Shown here: positions 37,031-63,515 of the stretch, one piece after another
How the letters are laid out: each line of letters starts with the position of its first letter
Position numbering within the stretch: the stretch's first letter is position 1
From: Antedon mediterranea
Taxonomy: Eukaryota > Animalia > Echinodermata
Reading direction: 5' to 3'
Length of the DNA stretch: 64,000 nucleotides
NCBI RefSeq assembly: GCF_964355755.1
Contig: NC_092674.1
Location: forward strand, 28,148,001-28,212,000
Made by a program: the position numbers and the translations under genes
The notes under the pieces: generated by a model
The model's input: the letters and a program-made list of their open reading frames with translations, nothing else
Database searches by the model: none
Told to the model about the DNA's origin: nothing

Positions 37031-37944
37031 TAATTATTTTGACTTCCAGTTGTTTTTTATAACAAGTTCAAGACTGTAAAAGTGCTCTAATATCTGAATT
37101 TGTAAGCAAAGAGAAGATTTTATGTATAATAACTATACTTGTATTATATGTAAAAAAATAGTTTTTAATAATTATAGAAAAAAAGTTGGCTCTATCTGAT
37201 CTAGTGAGATTTCATGAATTCATTCAGTTGTAATTAATTATTCATGAGCACATTTATGAATATGTATAAACATTTGTATAAATTGGTACATAGGGCTTCC
37301 AGCGGGTAGATAAAGCTGGATTTTTTTTAAAGTTATATTGAACAAGATTTGTATAGAAATGTCTATCTTATTATCTGTGTACAGTGTACGAAGTTTCAAT
37401 ACTGACTTTATAAAAGTGTGTAATATATACAAAATTTGATACTTCCATTTTGCATATTTTCATCAGCCTTATGAATATTCATTACTTTATGTAAATGAGA
37501 ATTTACTTACTTATTTCAAAAGGTACTTTTTCAACCGTTGTAAAAAAAATGAATCAATATTGTTTTTAATAATATTTTATTCCATTTGTATTTATTATAT
37601 ATTCTAATGATATCTAGAATTTGTAAAATAAAATGAATTTATTGAATGTTTTGTTTTGTTTTTAATAATAATTAATAATAATATTTATTATTATACCAAC
37701 ATTTGCATAAGACCACCTTATGCTCCATCCCTGGCCTTTCACCACTTGTAAATGTATTTAATATGAATGATGCTGGCTCCAGAAAACATGTACAGTAATT
37801 GAAAACGGATAAAACAAACGGTACCGTTGCTGTATAAGTTTTTAAAATTTTTTTAACACCATAAATGATAAATGAATAAATTAATTTTCTCACAAGCCCC
37901 AAAATCTTTTGTTCTGTATTTACAAGAAGAGAGGGCGCATGCAA

Positions 37945-38069
37945 TGACGTCACAAATGGAAATGTCTAGAAAAAGCATGCACGCCGCCACCACACGAGTG
38001 TGCAGTGAGTAGTTTGTAGAATAAACAGTTAGCCGGTATATTTGCCGGTGAAATCTTCCAGAAAATTCT
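37945..38069 (+). promoter_or_regulatory. HSP110 promoter: CRE and heat-shock elements
   Basis: TGACGTCA at 37945-37952, an imperfect GAAatGTCtaGAA at about 37959-37971, and a perfect three-unit HSE cTTCcaGAAaaTTCt at 38055-38069, about 280-400 bp upstream of the ATG. Confidence 0.75.
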
Positions 38070-38329
38070 AGTAAGTCTATAAAATATCTTTAAAGTCGCC
38101 TGTGTAGTTACATAACTATTTGAAGATCATTCACGCATAGTATTTGTAATACGTCGCTTTCTTTTCAATCATTTATAGCTATTGATTTCTAGGCTTCACT
38201 ATCGAAAGTAACCTAACCCACCGGCAGTAATCTATTGAATAGCCACCGACCGCTGTGCAGGAGGGAGTGTGACTGTGAGGTTAAAGCCCTCAAAAAGCGA
38301 AGGAAGTAAACTCTATGCTTACGTTATAG

Positions 38330-51369
<13,040 letters not shown>

Positions 51370-51876
51370 ATACATCCTGAATATAATATATCCAATTTTA
51401 TTCATATAATAATAATAATCTCATGTATACATAAATGCAGAACTTGTTCCCATGTGGTTGGGACCACCCCTCCCATTTTGGAATTGATTAAAACAAACAA
51501 ATGATTTTGGTAAATTGTAATTTATACATAATTGCACACATTGTATGATGCACTGTGCTTTAAAAAAAAGAGGAAAAAATGTATGAAAAAAAAAATTGCC
51601 ACTACTAAATATTTTGTCTGTATAATTTATCAGCTTATTTAGATAGCCTGACTAAAAAAAAAAAAAATGTTATCTTGGTTTTCAAAAAACTTATTTTCTC
51701 TATAAATGTGCGCGGTGGATTGTTCATCTCGTCATTCATATGTGATGTAAAATTATAAAATATAAAAAAAATGAAACATCTACATTGTAATTTTGAAAGT
51801 TATTAAGGAATTAATAATTGAACTATTCATTAATAATATTGAAATTATAATCATATGTGTATAAACTAATAGTCGT

Positions 51877-51934
51877 ATATGGACAGATCATCACCATATA
51901 TGGACAGATCATAACCATATATGGACAGATCATA
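51877..51934 (+). repeat. 21-bp tandem repeat x 3 (CCATATATGGACAGATCATAA)
   Basis: Visible directly; two units contain a full CCATATATGG. Confidence 0.7.
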
Positions 51935-53160
51935 TATGTATAGACTATATACCCATGTAGTGAGGTAAACTAATATGTAGATAACCTTTAATAGATAGTA
52001 TAAAATGATACTGTATATGTATAGGGTGTAACCATAATATGGAAAATTGTTACCCTAATAAAAAAAATAATATGGTTAAAACCAAAAATACTGAAATAAA
52101 TGTTACCATAATTAAAATAATAACGATACTGTATGTCACAAAGGGGGCTCAATGAAGGCCTAAATACCTAAAAATAGTTTCACCTCTTTACAAAAAAACA
52201 GATACAAATACTTGATATGAAAATAAAGCACTATAACTATATATGGTGGTATATTACACTAAAAAATGTAAATATGTCTTTAGATAAGTCATAAATAATA
52301 ACTAGTTATGCTAGAGTGGTGATTTGCTTAAGTTATAACATTTCTGCATTTTGCCTCAATATGCATTGTAAAATAAAAATCAGGAGAAAAATGAATAAAT
52401 ACAAATTGTTTATCCATAGCTAACAGTTGGCCTTGAAATATCAGAGGTCTGCAAGAAAATGAAAAAAAGTGTAGATTTTATAAAAATCATTCAGCTGTAG
52501 AATTTGCTAAATTCAATTAATTTCTGTGTTATTATGGTTTTAATATTGCTAGCATTTTGTATAGTGTACCTAGAATTATTTTTGTCTTTTTCATTGCAGA
52601 AAAAAAGAAAAATGTGTAGTAACGAATTCTTCCACCCTACCCTTAGTGTAATCCCAACTTTTTGTCAAATTTTGTGATTAAAATGACCAAAATTATCATA
52701 TGATTGTAAAATAAAAACAGTTTACTACTGTAGTGATGTATTGCAATGATGCAACTTAATAATTGTTTTAGAACACTAACCCAACGCAATGTAAACCTAG
52801 ATTACACACAAATTCAAATTAATTTAAAAACAATATGTAATTAATAATATACATAGGCCTACTACTAGTTTGTTTGTGTCATAGTTGAGCTATCAGTATA
52901 CGGTAATAAAATTTAAGTAGGACAATATTCAATATCTTTATGGAATTTTTGATGTAAATTAACTATAAAGTGGAACAACTACAGTAGTGTGTGATAGAGA
53001 GCGCCACAATTTGAAAGTGAATTTAGAAATCAATTTTAAAAATAAGTTGCAGGAATTATTCCATAATTTCAACGATTTACGATGCATTACTCATTTACGA
53101 ATGAAACTGGCTCAGTGGACGATTGACCCAAAAATTCATATTCTCCTCTGTACAAAAGTT

Positions 53161-53184
53161 TCCGCTTGTGACGTCACAAGCGGA
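53161..53184. promoter_or_regulatory. Perfect 24-bp palindrome centred on a CRE, upstream of the NDFIP gene
   Basis: TCCGCTTGTGACGTCACAAGCGGA is its own reverse complement and lies about 350 bp upstream of the ATG. Confidence 0.55.
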
Positions 53185-53532
53185 TTTTTTTCCATTTCTT
53201 AGGACTGTTTTCTATGCCTTATCGTCATCTCCGAAATGTACTATTACAGTCAGCAGTATGTAAAAGTGTACACTACTTGTTGAAGACATAAAATGTAACT
53301 TTTTGGAACACTTTTATATCATCTTTAAAATGTTTTTTAAAAAGAGCGAACATGATCATGACGATCCGCTAATCAACGTCTGTCTTGATAGGCTAGTCGA
53401 CTAGACTGTGACGACAATATCAACAACTTCCGCGACAATCGGAATAGGTTTGAGCTAGAAAAAGTGATAGAAAATTGGGAATAAAGTGACAAATAATTTA
53501 TATTAACGTCTAATTCTTGTGCCCAGAGAGAT

Positions 53533-56500
53533 ATGGATCCTCCTCCACAATATGAACAGGTATTTAGAGATCGTTATTTATGATTTACAGGGTAAATTTT
53601 GTCTAGTAATATGCGTGTTTACATGAGGGAGACATATTGTTATTAATTGACCGTCGAGTGTGTTGTGAGGATCGGAATGAGAGAGGTGGTGGCCTGTTGA
53701 GCTCCAGCCACTCATCGTACGGGAATAGCACTGTAGTTTTGGTGGGCCTAGGCTAGTTGTTTGTCTAGACTGCCTAGTATACCGGATACATTATGGAATA
53801 TTATATAAATTAAGTAACAAAAAAATACAAAATAAAAAACAAATCCAGCCTCTCTCTAGTCTAGCTAGCGAACTAGAATTAGGCCCTCCTAGTAGGCCTA
53901 TTTAAGGCTCTAAACTAATATTTAATAAATAAGGGTAGAGAACGTCCAAACTTAGCTATTTTTAGTAATTTCAATCAAATTTATTTAAAATATCTTTGTT
54001 TTGTATTTTTGGCCTGCAGTAGGCCAGGACATTTTATTTTATGTGTTTTTGTATTGTAGGTTTGTGGAGAAGATAACTTAAGCTCTGGCCAAGTTATGTT
54101 AGCACTTGTGGTGCCTCCAGGGAATGATACTAAAGAAGTCCCTCCTGAAACACCAGGTAAAATAGAATTAAAAATGAGTATGGATACACTAGGCCTATAG
54201 GGACGGGCGGATCCAGAGGGTAGTTGCTTGGGCCGCGCTCCCCCTTTGACAGCTAAAGTTATTGACATTTGAAAAACTATTAATATGTTTGAGCTCCCCT
54301 GTTTAAAACACCCTGTATCTGCCTCTGACAAAGGCCACATATGTGAAAGAAAATCAGGAAATAAATAAAATTTGATTCTTGTAGACACGGTAGGCTATGT
54401 CCAAATTCCAGGAGACGCACCACCACCTTACGATGAAGAAGACAAAAAAATAATGGAACTCAAACGTAAAGATGAAGAAATACGAAAACGACTTGTAGAG
54501 CTAGGCCTTCTATCCGTAAGTATTTTTTGACAGAATAAGATAAGAATAAAATGCCTGGATTGGTCTTGTCAAAGGCCTTTCAAATATTTTCAGGAAAAAC
54601 ATTTTAATAGAAACTCACCTATTGCTAGTTATAGTACAGAATTGTACCCTTGATGAGCAGATGAGCCACAGAATTACACCCTTTTAAAAGCAGTATAGTA
54701 ATTTGATAGAGATAAATGACAGCAGCAAATTAGTGGATTCATTTTATTACTTTTTTATATATTTTATAATTCTTTTACTTAAAAAATATTTCATTTTTTT
54801 AGGAGAATGATTTTGGAAGCGACTCAGAAATTCTGTTAGGCAGTGGATGGGTGTTCTTTTGGGCTGCTATGTGTAAGTACTATTATTTTGTTGTTTTTGA
54901 AATAAAAATAGCTTGTTTATTTGCCCACGGTTTTCATTTATATTTAATATTGAAACTGAATTGCTAATGGATTGGTAATTGCTTTATCATTGAAATTTCA
55001 TATTGTTGTCTCAAACTGTTTTGTTGCATTTAATTAATAATGAACTTCTGTACGTCATAGAGTATATGAATTATGTACAACCATAATTATGTTGCATAAT
55101 GCATCACTTTAAAAACACCTGTCTCTATTCATAGTTTTATCCCTGATATCTTGTGTATTCATATTTGGATTCTTTGATTCTAATTTATTCTTTGTTTTAA
55201 AACAAACTATAACCCTTAAAAGGAAGAAAGAAAACGTCAGGAGTATGCTTATTATGTAATTGTGGTGAAAAAGAAACAGTTGATCATTTCGTATTCAATT
55301 GTTCTAGATTAAAGTAATATTAGAAATTCAATATTTAAACAACTTAAGCAAGATCTTAACCACAATGATCTACATAAAATGTGGGACGTATTCACAACAA
55401 GTTCCCCTGAACTTAAAAATACCACCTGTTTTGACAATCTCGAAAAAAATTGCTAATTGTAATTGCTTTATCATTGAAATTTCATATTGTTGTCTCAAAC
55501 TGTTTTGTTGCATTTAATTAATAATGAACTTCTGTACGTCATAGAGTATATGAATTATGTACAACCATAATTATGTTGCATAATGCATCACTTTAAAAAC
55601 ACCTGTCTCTATTATCATAGTTTTATCCCTGATATCTTGTGTATTCATATTTGGATTCTAATATATTCTTTGTTTTAAAACAAACTATAACCCTTAAAAG
55701 GAAGAAAGAAAACGTCAGGAGTATGCTTATGTAATTGTGAAAAAGAAACAGTTGATCATTTCGTATTTAATTGTTCTAGATTAAAGTAATATTAGAAATT
55801 CAATATTTAAACAACTTAAGCAAGATCTTAACCACAATGATCTACATAAAATGTGGGACGTATTCACAATAAGTTCCCCTGAACTTAAAAATACCACCTG
55901 TTTTGACAATCTCGAAAATCATAAAGAATACCCAATTCAACAAATAACTAATATGATTGAACTAACAACTACAGTATAATCTTTGATAAATATTGTAAAT
56001 TATTTGTTAAAACTGCATGGAAAGAACGAAATGAAACCTTATAGTATTATAATAGTATTATTACATGACACAACTTATTATTATTTCTTCTTACAGTTAT
56101 TATTATTTTATGTTTATTATTATTTATGTTTTAAACCACTTGTATGTACTTTTATTTGTTTGTACATCTGTAAAGAATTGTGCCTCTGCTGTAAAAAAGA
56201 AAACAATAAATTATTATTAAATTAATATTATCATACAAATGTACTACAATTAAACCTAATTTATGTGGCAGTTTTATGACTACTAACTCTAATTTATCTA
56301 CATATATAATTTATTTTCCCTAAATGTTGAAATTGATTTATTATTGTCTTGTCGAAATGTCATTATTATTCCCTCAAATTGTTTCTTATATAATTCATTA
56401 ATGAGTTAATACAGTATATGTCATTTATAGCTTATATACATGATTTTGTTACATAATACTTTTATGTTGCCATTTCAAATCATCTATACAAGCATACATG

Positions 56501-59500
56501 CAGTTTTATATCTCATTTGATTTTGGTTTCTTTTATACAAAAGGATAGTAAAGCCTTGTTAGGAACCAATGCCAAAATTAATCTACTGCAGTTACTGCAG
56601 TACCTCTATTTTTTACGCTCTCTAACATGCAATTATTTAGCAAGCTTTTTTGGGTAATCATACACATTGTTTATCACAGTGACTGACTCTCATAAACTTT
56701 GAAAATTCCTCTGTTATATTATATTTTTTTTAAATTTAGTTTACTGCAGTAACTGCAGTAGAGTAATGTTGACATGATAATACAGTTGCTATTGACTATT
56801 ATACATTTGTTAGCAAAATTTGCTTAAGATATATTTATCTTTTTTCTTTTCAGTATCTGTGACATTTAGTTGGATTGGGTTTTTGGTTGCCTACTGCCTT
56901 AGCTCAGCAGTAGCTGCCCGTTGTGGTGCTCTCTGTGGATTTGGTATCTCAATGGTAAAGTGGACTATAGTAGCTCTGTATTCGGACTGTTGTAGAGCTT
57001 ATCTGGCGAGTACGATGTGTTTGTCCATGGCGCTTATATTTTGTGGTAAGTGATTAAAGCTATTTATAAATGTTATGTGTAATCAAGCATATAAGGTCCA
57101 TTAAAGAACCTTCCAATTAAAGACCACTTTCAGCGAATTCAAAGAAGAAATACAATCATATGGTATGTGATTAAATGACAAACCAAACATAATGTAACGA
57201 AAACCAAACAAACCGAAATCAAACATACTGAAAACCAAACATTTCAAAAACCAAACATACCAAAAACCAAACATACCAAAAACCAAACATACCAAAAACC
57301 AAACATACCAAAAACCAAACATACCAAAAACCAAACATACCAAAAACCAAACATACCAAAAACCAAACATACCAAAAACCAAACATACCAAAAACTAAAC
57401 ATACCAAAAACCAAACATACCAAAAACCAAACATACCAAAAACTAAACATACCAAAAACCAAACATACCAAAAACTAAACATACCAAAAACCAAACATAC
57501 CAAAAACCAAACATACCAAAAACCAAACATACCAAAAACCAAACATACCAAAAACCAAACATACCAAAAACTAAACATACCAAAAACCAAACATACCAAA
57601 AACCAAACATACCAAAAACCAAACATACCAAAAACCAAACATACCAAAAACCAAACATACCAAAAACCAAACATACCAAAAACCAAACATACCAAAAACC
57701 AAACATACCAAAAACCAAACATACCAAAAACCAAACATACCAAAAACCAAACATACCAAAAACCAAACATACCAAAAACCAAACATACCAAACATACCAA
57801 AAACCAAACATACCAAAAACAAAACATACCAAACACCAAACATACCAAAAACCAAACATACCAAAAACCAAACATACCAAACATACCAAAAACCAAACAT
57901 ACCAAAAACTAAACATACCAAAAACCAAACATACCAAAAACCAAACATACCAAAAACCAAACATACCAAAAACCAAACATACCAAAAACCAAACATACCA
58001 AAAACCAAACATACCAAAAACCAAACATACCAAAAACCAAACATACCAAAAACAAAACATACCAAAAACCAAACATACCAAAAACCAAACATACCAAAAA
58101 CCAAACATACCAAACATACCAAACATACCAAAAACCAAACATACCAAAAACTAAACATACCAAAAACCAAACATACCAAAAACCAAACATACCAAAAACC
58201 AAACATACCAAAAACCAAACATACCAAAAACCAAACATACCAAAAACCAAACATACCAAAAACCAAACATACCAAAAACCAAACATACCAAAAACCAAAC
58301 ATACCAAAAACCAAACATACCAAAAACCAAACATACCAAAAACCAAACATACCAAAAACCAAACATACCAAAAACCAAACATACCAAACATACCAAAAAC
58401 AAAACATACCAAAAACAAAACATACCAAAAACCAAACATACCAAAAACCAAACATACCAAAAACCAAACATACCAAAAACCAAACATACCAAAAACCAAA
58501 CATACCAAAAACTAAACATACCAAAAACCAAACATACCAAAAACCAAACATACCAAAAACCAAACATACCAAAAACCAAACATACCAAAAACCAAACATA
58601 CCAAAAACCAAACATACCAAAAACCAAACATACCAAAAACCAAACATACCAAAAACCAAACATACCAAAAACCAAACATACCAAAAACCAAACATACCAA
58701 AAACCAAACATACCAAAAACATACCAAAAACCAAACATACCAAAAACCAAACATACCAAAAACCAAACATACCAAAAACCAAACATACCAAAAACTAAAC
58801 ATACCAAAAACCAAACATACCAAAAACTAAACATACCAAAAACCAAACATACCAAAAACATACCAAAAACCAAACATACCAAAAACCAAACATACCAAAA
58901 ACCAAACATACCAAAAACTAAACATACCAAAAACCAAACATACCAAAAACATACCAAAAACCAAACATACCAAAAACATACCAAAAACTAAACATACCAA
59001 AAACCAAACATACCAAAAACCAAACATACCAAAAACCAAACATACCAAAAACTAAACATACCAAAAACCAAACATACCAAAAACATACCAAAAACCAAAC
59101 ATACCAAAAACATACCAAAAACTAAACATACCAAAAACCAATCAAATCAAGCATATCAAAAACCAAACATACCGAAAACTAAACTGATCTTTAGTTGTAA
59201 ACCAGCTATATGTAGGCATGAACCATCTATTAATTATGAGGGTGTAAACCAAATTTAAATATAAGCCATAAACCAGAGCAAGTACAAAACCTATTGAGTA
59301 GGTGTAAACCAGATTTAAATATAGGCATAAACCATGTCTGGATAATAAATAAACCATGTCAGAACAAATATAAATAGGTGTAAACCAAATTGTGTAGGCA
59401 TACACCATAAATGTCTATAGGGTTATCGCAAATAGCCTGTGTGACGCATGGCGGGAAGGGTTTGGGAGAAAACGTCATGACTTGCTTCCAAACCCTTCCC

Positions 59501-59738
59501 ATCATGCATTGTGCAATGGCGTTTCTCGCGAAATCAAGCTATTTGCGATAAACCTTATTGGTCATGGGATCCACAATCAAGATCCATGCACAATAGACTG
59601 TAGATTGTTTCTTAATTAAATTGTTTTAATTTAACAGGTGTTACGATCGCTATTAGAGGAGCAATGATGTACTTGAGAGCACGCAAAGAATACGAAATGA
59701 ACGGTTATCCTGCTATCAAATATTGGTATCTCTATTAA
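53533..59738 (+). CDS. NDFIP1: NEDD4 family-interacting protein (NDFIP1/2-like), 6 exons, about 205 aa
   Basis: Exons: 53533-53559, 54060-54156, 54385-54515, 54803-54872, 56854-57045, 59638-59738 (618 nt). PY motifs PPQY and PPPY. The three-TM region FSWIGFLVAYCLSSAVAARCGALCGFGISMVKW parallels NDFIP1 FNWIGFFLSFCLTTSAAGRYGAISGFGLSLIKW. One-to-one orthology is uncertain. Confidence 0.85.
54976..55917 (+). repeat. Recent tandem duplication (about 470-480 bp x 2) containing a LINE zinc-knuckle remnant
   Basis: Units at about 54976-55446 and 55460-55917 are nearly identical. 55246-55317 translates to CLLCNCGEKETVDHFVFNCSRLK*, a CCHC motif typical of non-LTR ORF2 C-termini. Confidence 0.8.
57245..59141 (+). 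repeat. 16-bp minisatellite (CCAAAAACCAAACATA)n, about 1.9 kb, in NDFIP intron 5
   Basis: Visible directly. Three units make 48 bp, which explains the 16-aa periodic minus-strand ORFs. Confidence 0.97.
59417..59558. mobile_element. Small hairpin-type MITE
   Basis: TAGGGTTATCGCAAATAGC...GCTATTTGCGATAAACCTTA termini with an internal inverted repeat GGGAAGGGTTTGG/CCAAACCCTTCCC. Confidence 0.55.
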
Positions 59739-60630
59739 ACAGCTATAGTATAAATTATGCTTTATTAAACTCATTCATTTTTAAACATAGCCGTTATTTA
59801 TTGAAATGCATTTCCTAGCAAGTGTTTAATAATTAAATCTGATTTGAGCTATATAGTTTACAAAGAAATCATGAGTTTTCCTCGTTGTGCGTTACTTAAT
59901 TATAATTTGTAATCCTGTATGTTATATAGTTTGGTTTTTTTTATAATGTTATATTTATCCTAAATAAATAAGACCCACTTTTTGGGAAATAACAGTAATG
60001 GTCGCTCTTCATTCATGTATATTTCATAAAAACATTTCATAACCTTTTACAAAAAAAATATAAAGAGTTGGTTACAGTAATTAAGTATTAAATGTATGTA
60101 TTTCCCCTTATTAAATTTAAAGTATGTATTTTGCCTTATTAACTTTGAAATAAAAATTGTAATTTATCATAGATCCAGGGGCATCCACCTTTTTTGACAA
60201 TGAAGATTTCTATTGTCTCGTTGTTTATTGGGATTTTGTAGTAAATTATGGCAAAAGTACATCTTTATATACATTTGGTTACATTCTTGACCTTGGCCCC
60301 TTCTAGATAGAAATGATTCTTCACCCCCACCACACATACCCCACCCCACTTTTATTTTGCTTTTGATGGGAAGTTGTAAATACAGTATTTAACTTTTCAG
60401 AAACTCGGTTTTTATTTAAATAGTATGCATATTAATTGCTATGTGCAAACAAATGTTGCTGATTTTATACAAGTTTCTTTAAGTTTTTGTAATAGAGTAA
60501 TAACCAACAAATAGATAAGGTTTCTAAGATACCCACTTAAGGTTGATAGTGTAGACAGAGTTTAAGTTATTAGTGTTGGAAAGAGTTGGAATTATGGACA
60601 TTAATGTTATTCAGTTAAGATTAGATTTAA

Positions 60631-60958
60631 AGATGTATTGTCCCCACAAAATAATAATTCAAAGAAATTAGTTTATTGCTGTATGCCATTTTAATGTCAC
60701 ATTAACAGAATATTCACCTTGGACAAAAAAATGGATCAAAAAATAGATGATTTCCCTGATAAAATTATAAAGGAAAAAGGAAGCCAATTGCCTGGAAGTG
60801 AAATGGTTTTTTAGATAAGTTATGTTTATTTTGATTAAACCGAAAACATTATTTTTTTTGACAATTTTATAATTAAAACTTAAAACTACAAAATGGTCTA
60901 CTTAAAGTTTGATTTTACATTCATCTTTATTTTTCATGTTTTGTGGGACAATACATCT
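60631..60958. mobile_element. Kolobok-like MITE
   Basis: ttaa-AGATGTATTGTCCC...GGGACAATACATCT-ttaa. Degenerate relatives lie near 50810-51100 and flank the 42115 element. Confidence 0.7.
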
Positions 60959-61219
60959 TTAAACAAATGATATTATATTCTTTTGTTTTGGGGGTTTTCA
61001 CTTGATTTTTAGAAAACACAGGTCATATTATTTATGGGGTATTTTTAAAATCTGAATTATTAGCATGCTTGTGATTGTAAAAATCATTAAAATATATTTT
61101 GAAATGCTCATAAGGAGAACTTTTGGAAATTAGTTTTTTACTGATAAATACGTAGTAAGTCTAATAATGTATTATACATAATGTATTATACATAATGTAT
61201 TATTATACATAATGTATCG

Positions 61220-63345
61220 ACTGCGCATGTTAAATTATGATAGTAACTATCATGTCAACAAATAAAAGAGACGAAATTTGGCAAGGATTTTTTCGAAAAA
61301 TTACCACTTTTTGACCTTATTTTTCGATATAATGTGATCCCATGACATTATAAGATGATGATATGACACTATACGTGCACATATAGTAATATTAGTGCAT
61401 ATTAATTGGATTTAAAAAAGGTTGAAATTTGGGTGATTTTGCTAAAAATCCATGTAGGGAAATTTCCGAAAAATGGCCGATTTTCGACCCTTTTATTTTT
61501 TGACATAAATGGTTACTATAGCACAATAAACATGCCTAGAGTCGAATAATGGGTTCTGCGAATGTCAATTGTGCTATAGTAACCATTTATGACATAAATA
61601 GCATAATAAACATGCGCAGAGTCGACTAATGGTTTCTGCGCATGTTAATTGTGCTACAGTAACCAGTTTTATCGAAAAATAAAAAGGTCGAAAATCTGTC
61701 ATTTTTTGAAAAAATCCCTGTACTATATATAGTACAGGGAAATTTCCGAAAAATGGCCGATTTTCGACCCTTTTATTTTTTGACATAAATGGTTACTATA
61801 GCATAATAAACATGCGTAGAGTCGCATAATGGGTTCTGCGCATGTCAATTGTGCTATAGTAACCAGTTTTGACATAAATGGTTACTATAGCATAATAAAC
61901 ATGCGCAGTGGCGAGTAATGGGTTTTGCGCATTTCAATTGTGCTATAGTAACCAGTTTTATCAAAAAATAAAAAGGTCGACAATTGGTCATTTTTTGAAA
62001 AAATCCCTGTACTATAGTACAGAGAAATTTCCGAAAAATGGCCGATTTTCGACCCTTTTTTTTGTTGACATAAATGGTTACTATAGCATAATAAACATGC
62101 GTAGAGTCGAATAATGTGTTTTGCGCATGTCAATTGTGCTATAATAACCACTTTTGACATAAATGGTTACCATAGCATAATAAACATGCGCAGAGTCGAC
62201 TAATGGGTTCTGCACATGTTAATCGAAAAATAAAAAGGTCGAAAATCGGACATTTTTTGAAAAAATCCCTGTACTAGTACAGGGAAATTTCCGAAAAATG
62301 GCCGATTTTCGATCCTTTTTTTTTTGTACATAAATGGTTACTAATAGCATAATAAACATGCGTAGAGTCGAATAATGGGTTCTGCGCATGTCAATTGTGC
62401 TATCATAACCACTTTTGACATAAATGGTTACTATACCATAATAAACATGCGCAGAGTCGACTAATGGGTTCTGCGCATGTTACTATAGTAACCAGTTTTA
62501 TCGAAAAATAAAGTTTTTGTGGTAAATGTGATTGCTAGCAATGTATATACGGTATGTCTGTAGGCCTACAATTATAATAAAAGGTGTCATTATTATTACA
62601 TATATTGCGCAGAGACGAATAATGGTTCTGCACATGTCAATTGTGCTATAGTAACCACTTTTGACATAAATATATAAATATATGTTATATATAAAGTTGT
62701 CCCATGACACTATAGGATGATGATATGACACTATATGTGCACATATAGTAATATTAGTGCATATTAATTAGATTTTAAAAAGGTCGAAATTTGTGCATTT
62801 TGCAATTTTTTTGAAAAATGACCAAATTTCGACCTTTTTATTTTTCGACATAAAGTGGTCCCATGACACTGTAAGATAATGATATGACTATATGTGCACA
62901 TACTTCAGGGATTTTTTTCCAAAATTTAGACCTTTTTTTTCCGACTGGTTACTATATCAAAAATAGGCATGCGCAGACACACATTATGTGCCAAATTTTA
63001 ACCCTTTTATATTTTTACATAATTAGTTACTAATAATAATTTGGCATGCTTAGACCTTAATGTTTTTAAAAGTTGATATTTTCGAAACATAATCCATGTA
63101 GAGGGATATTTTTACAGTCAAATTTCGACCTTTTTATTTGTTGACATTAATTGGTTACTATATCACACTACATGTTCTGTGCATGTTACCTCCATATATA
63201 TATAGAGTGCAATTTATATATATATATTTTTAAAAGTCAACATTTAAAAAAAAATTGTGGAAAATGACGAAATTTCGACCCTTTTATTTTCTGACAAACT
63301 GGTTACTGTATCATAATTTGACATTTTTTGGACATAAATGGCTAC
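61220..63345. repeat. Higher-order array of two palindromic modules
   Basis: Module A (about 87 bp): GGTTACTATAGCA..ACATGCGCAGA..TCTGCGCATGT..TGCTATAGTAACC. Module B (about 110 bp) is centred on CCCTGTACTATAGTACAGGG. They are arranged A-A-B about three times, with degenerate flanks. Confidence 0.85.
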
Positions 63346-63515
63346 GATGGCTCTATAAAAGAGCGATAAAAATATACAAATAAATTCAATAACTTTACTA
63401 TTGTTTATTAGCCGTAGAAGCCTTGAAACAATATTTTTCAAAAACACAGTTTTTGACTGCAGAATGCTGGACTATTATAAAGTATCAAATAATAGACAAT
63501 GGCCTTTCTGATTGC

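Noticed and set aside
57101-59118. Hydrophobic LVCLVFGMFGFWYVWF repeat ORFs
   Set aside because: All three minus-strand frames of a 16-bp minisatellite inside an NDFIP intron; not a gene.
61480-62510. CRISPR-like or attC-like repeat-spacer array
   Set aside because: The intervening segments are themselves repeated, so there are no unique spacers or cassettes.
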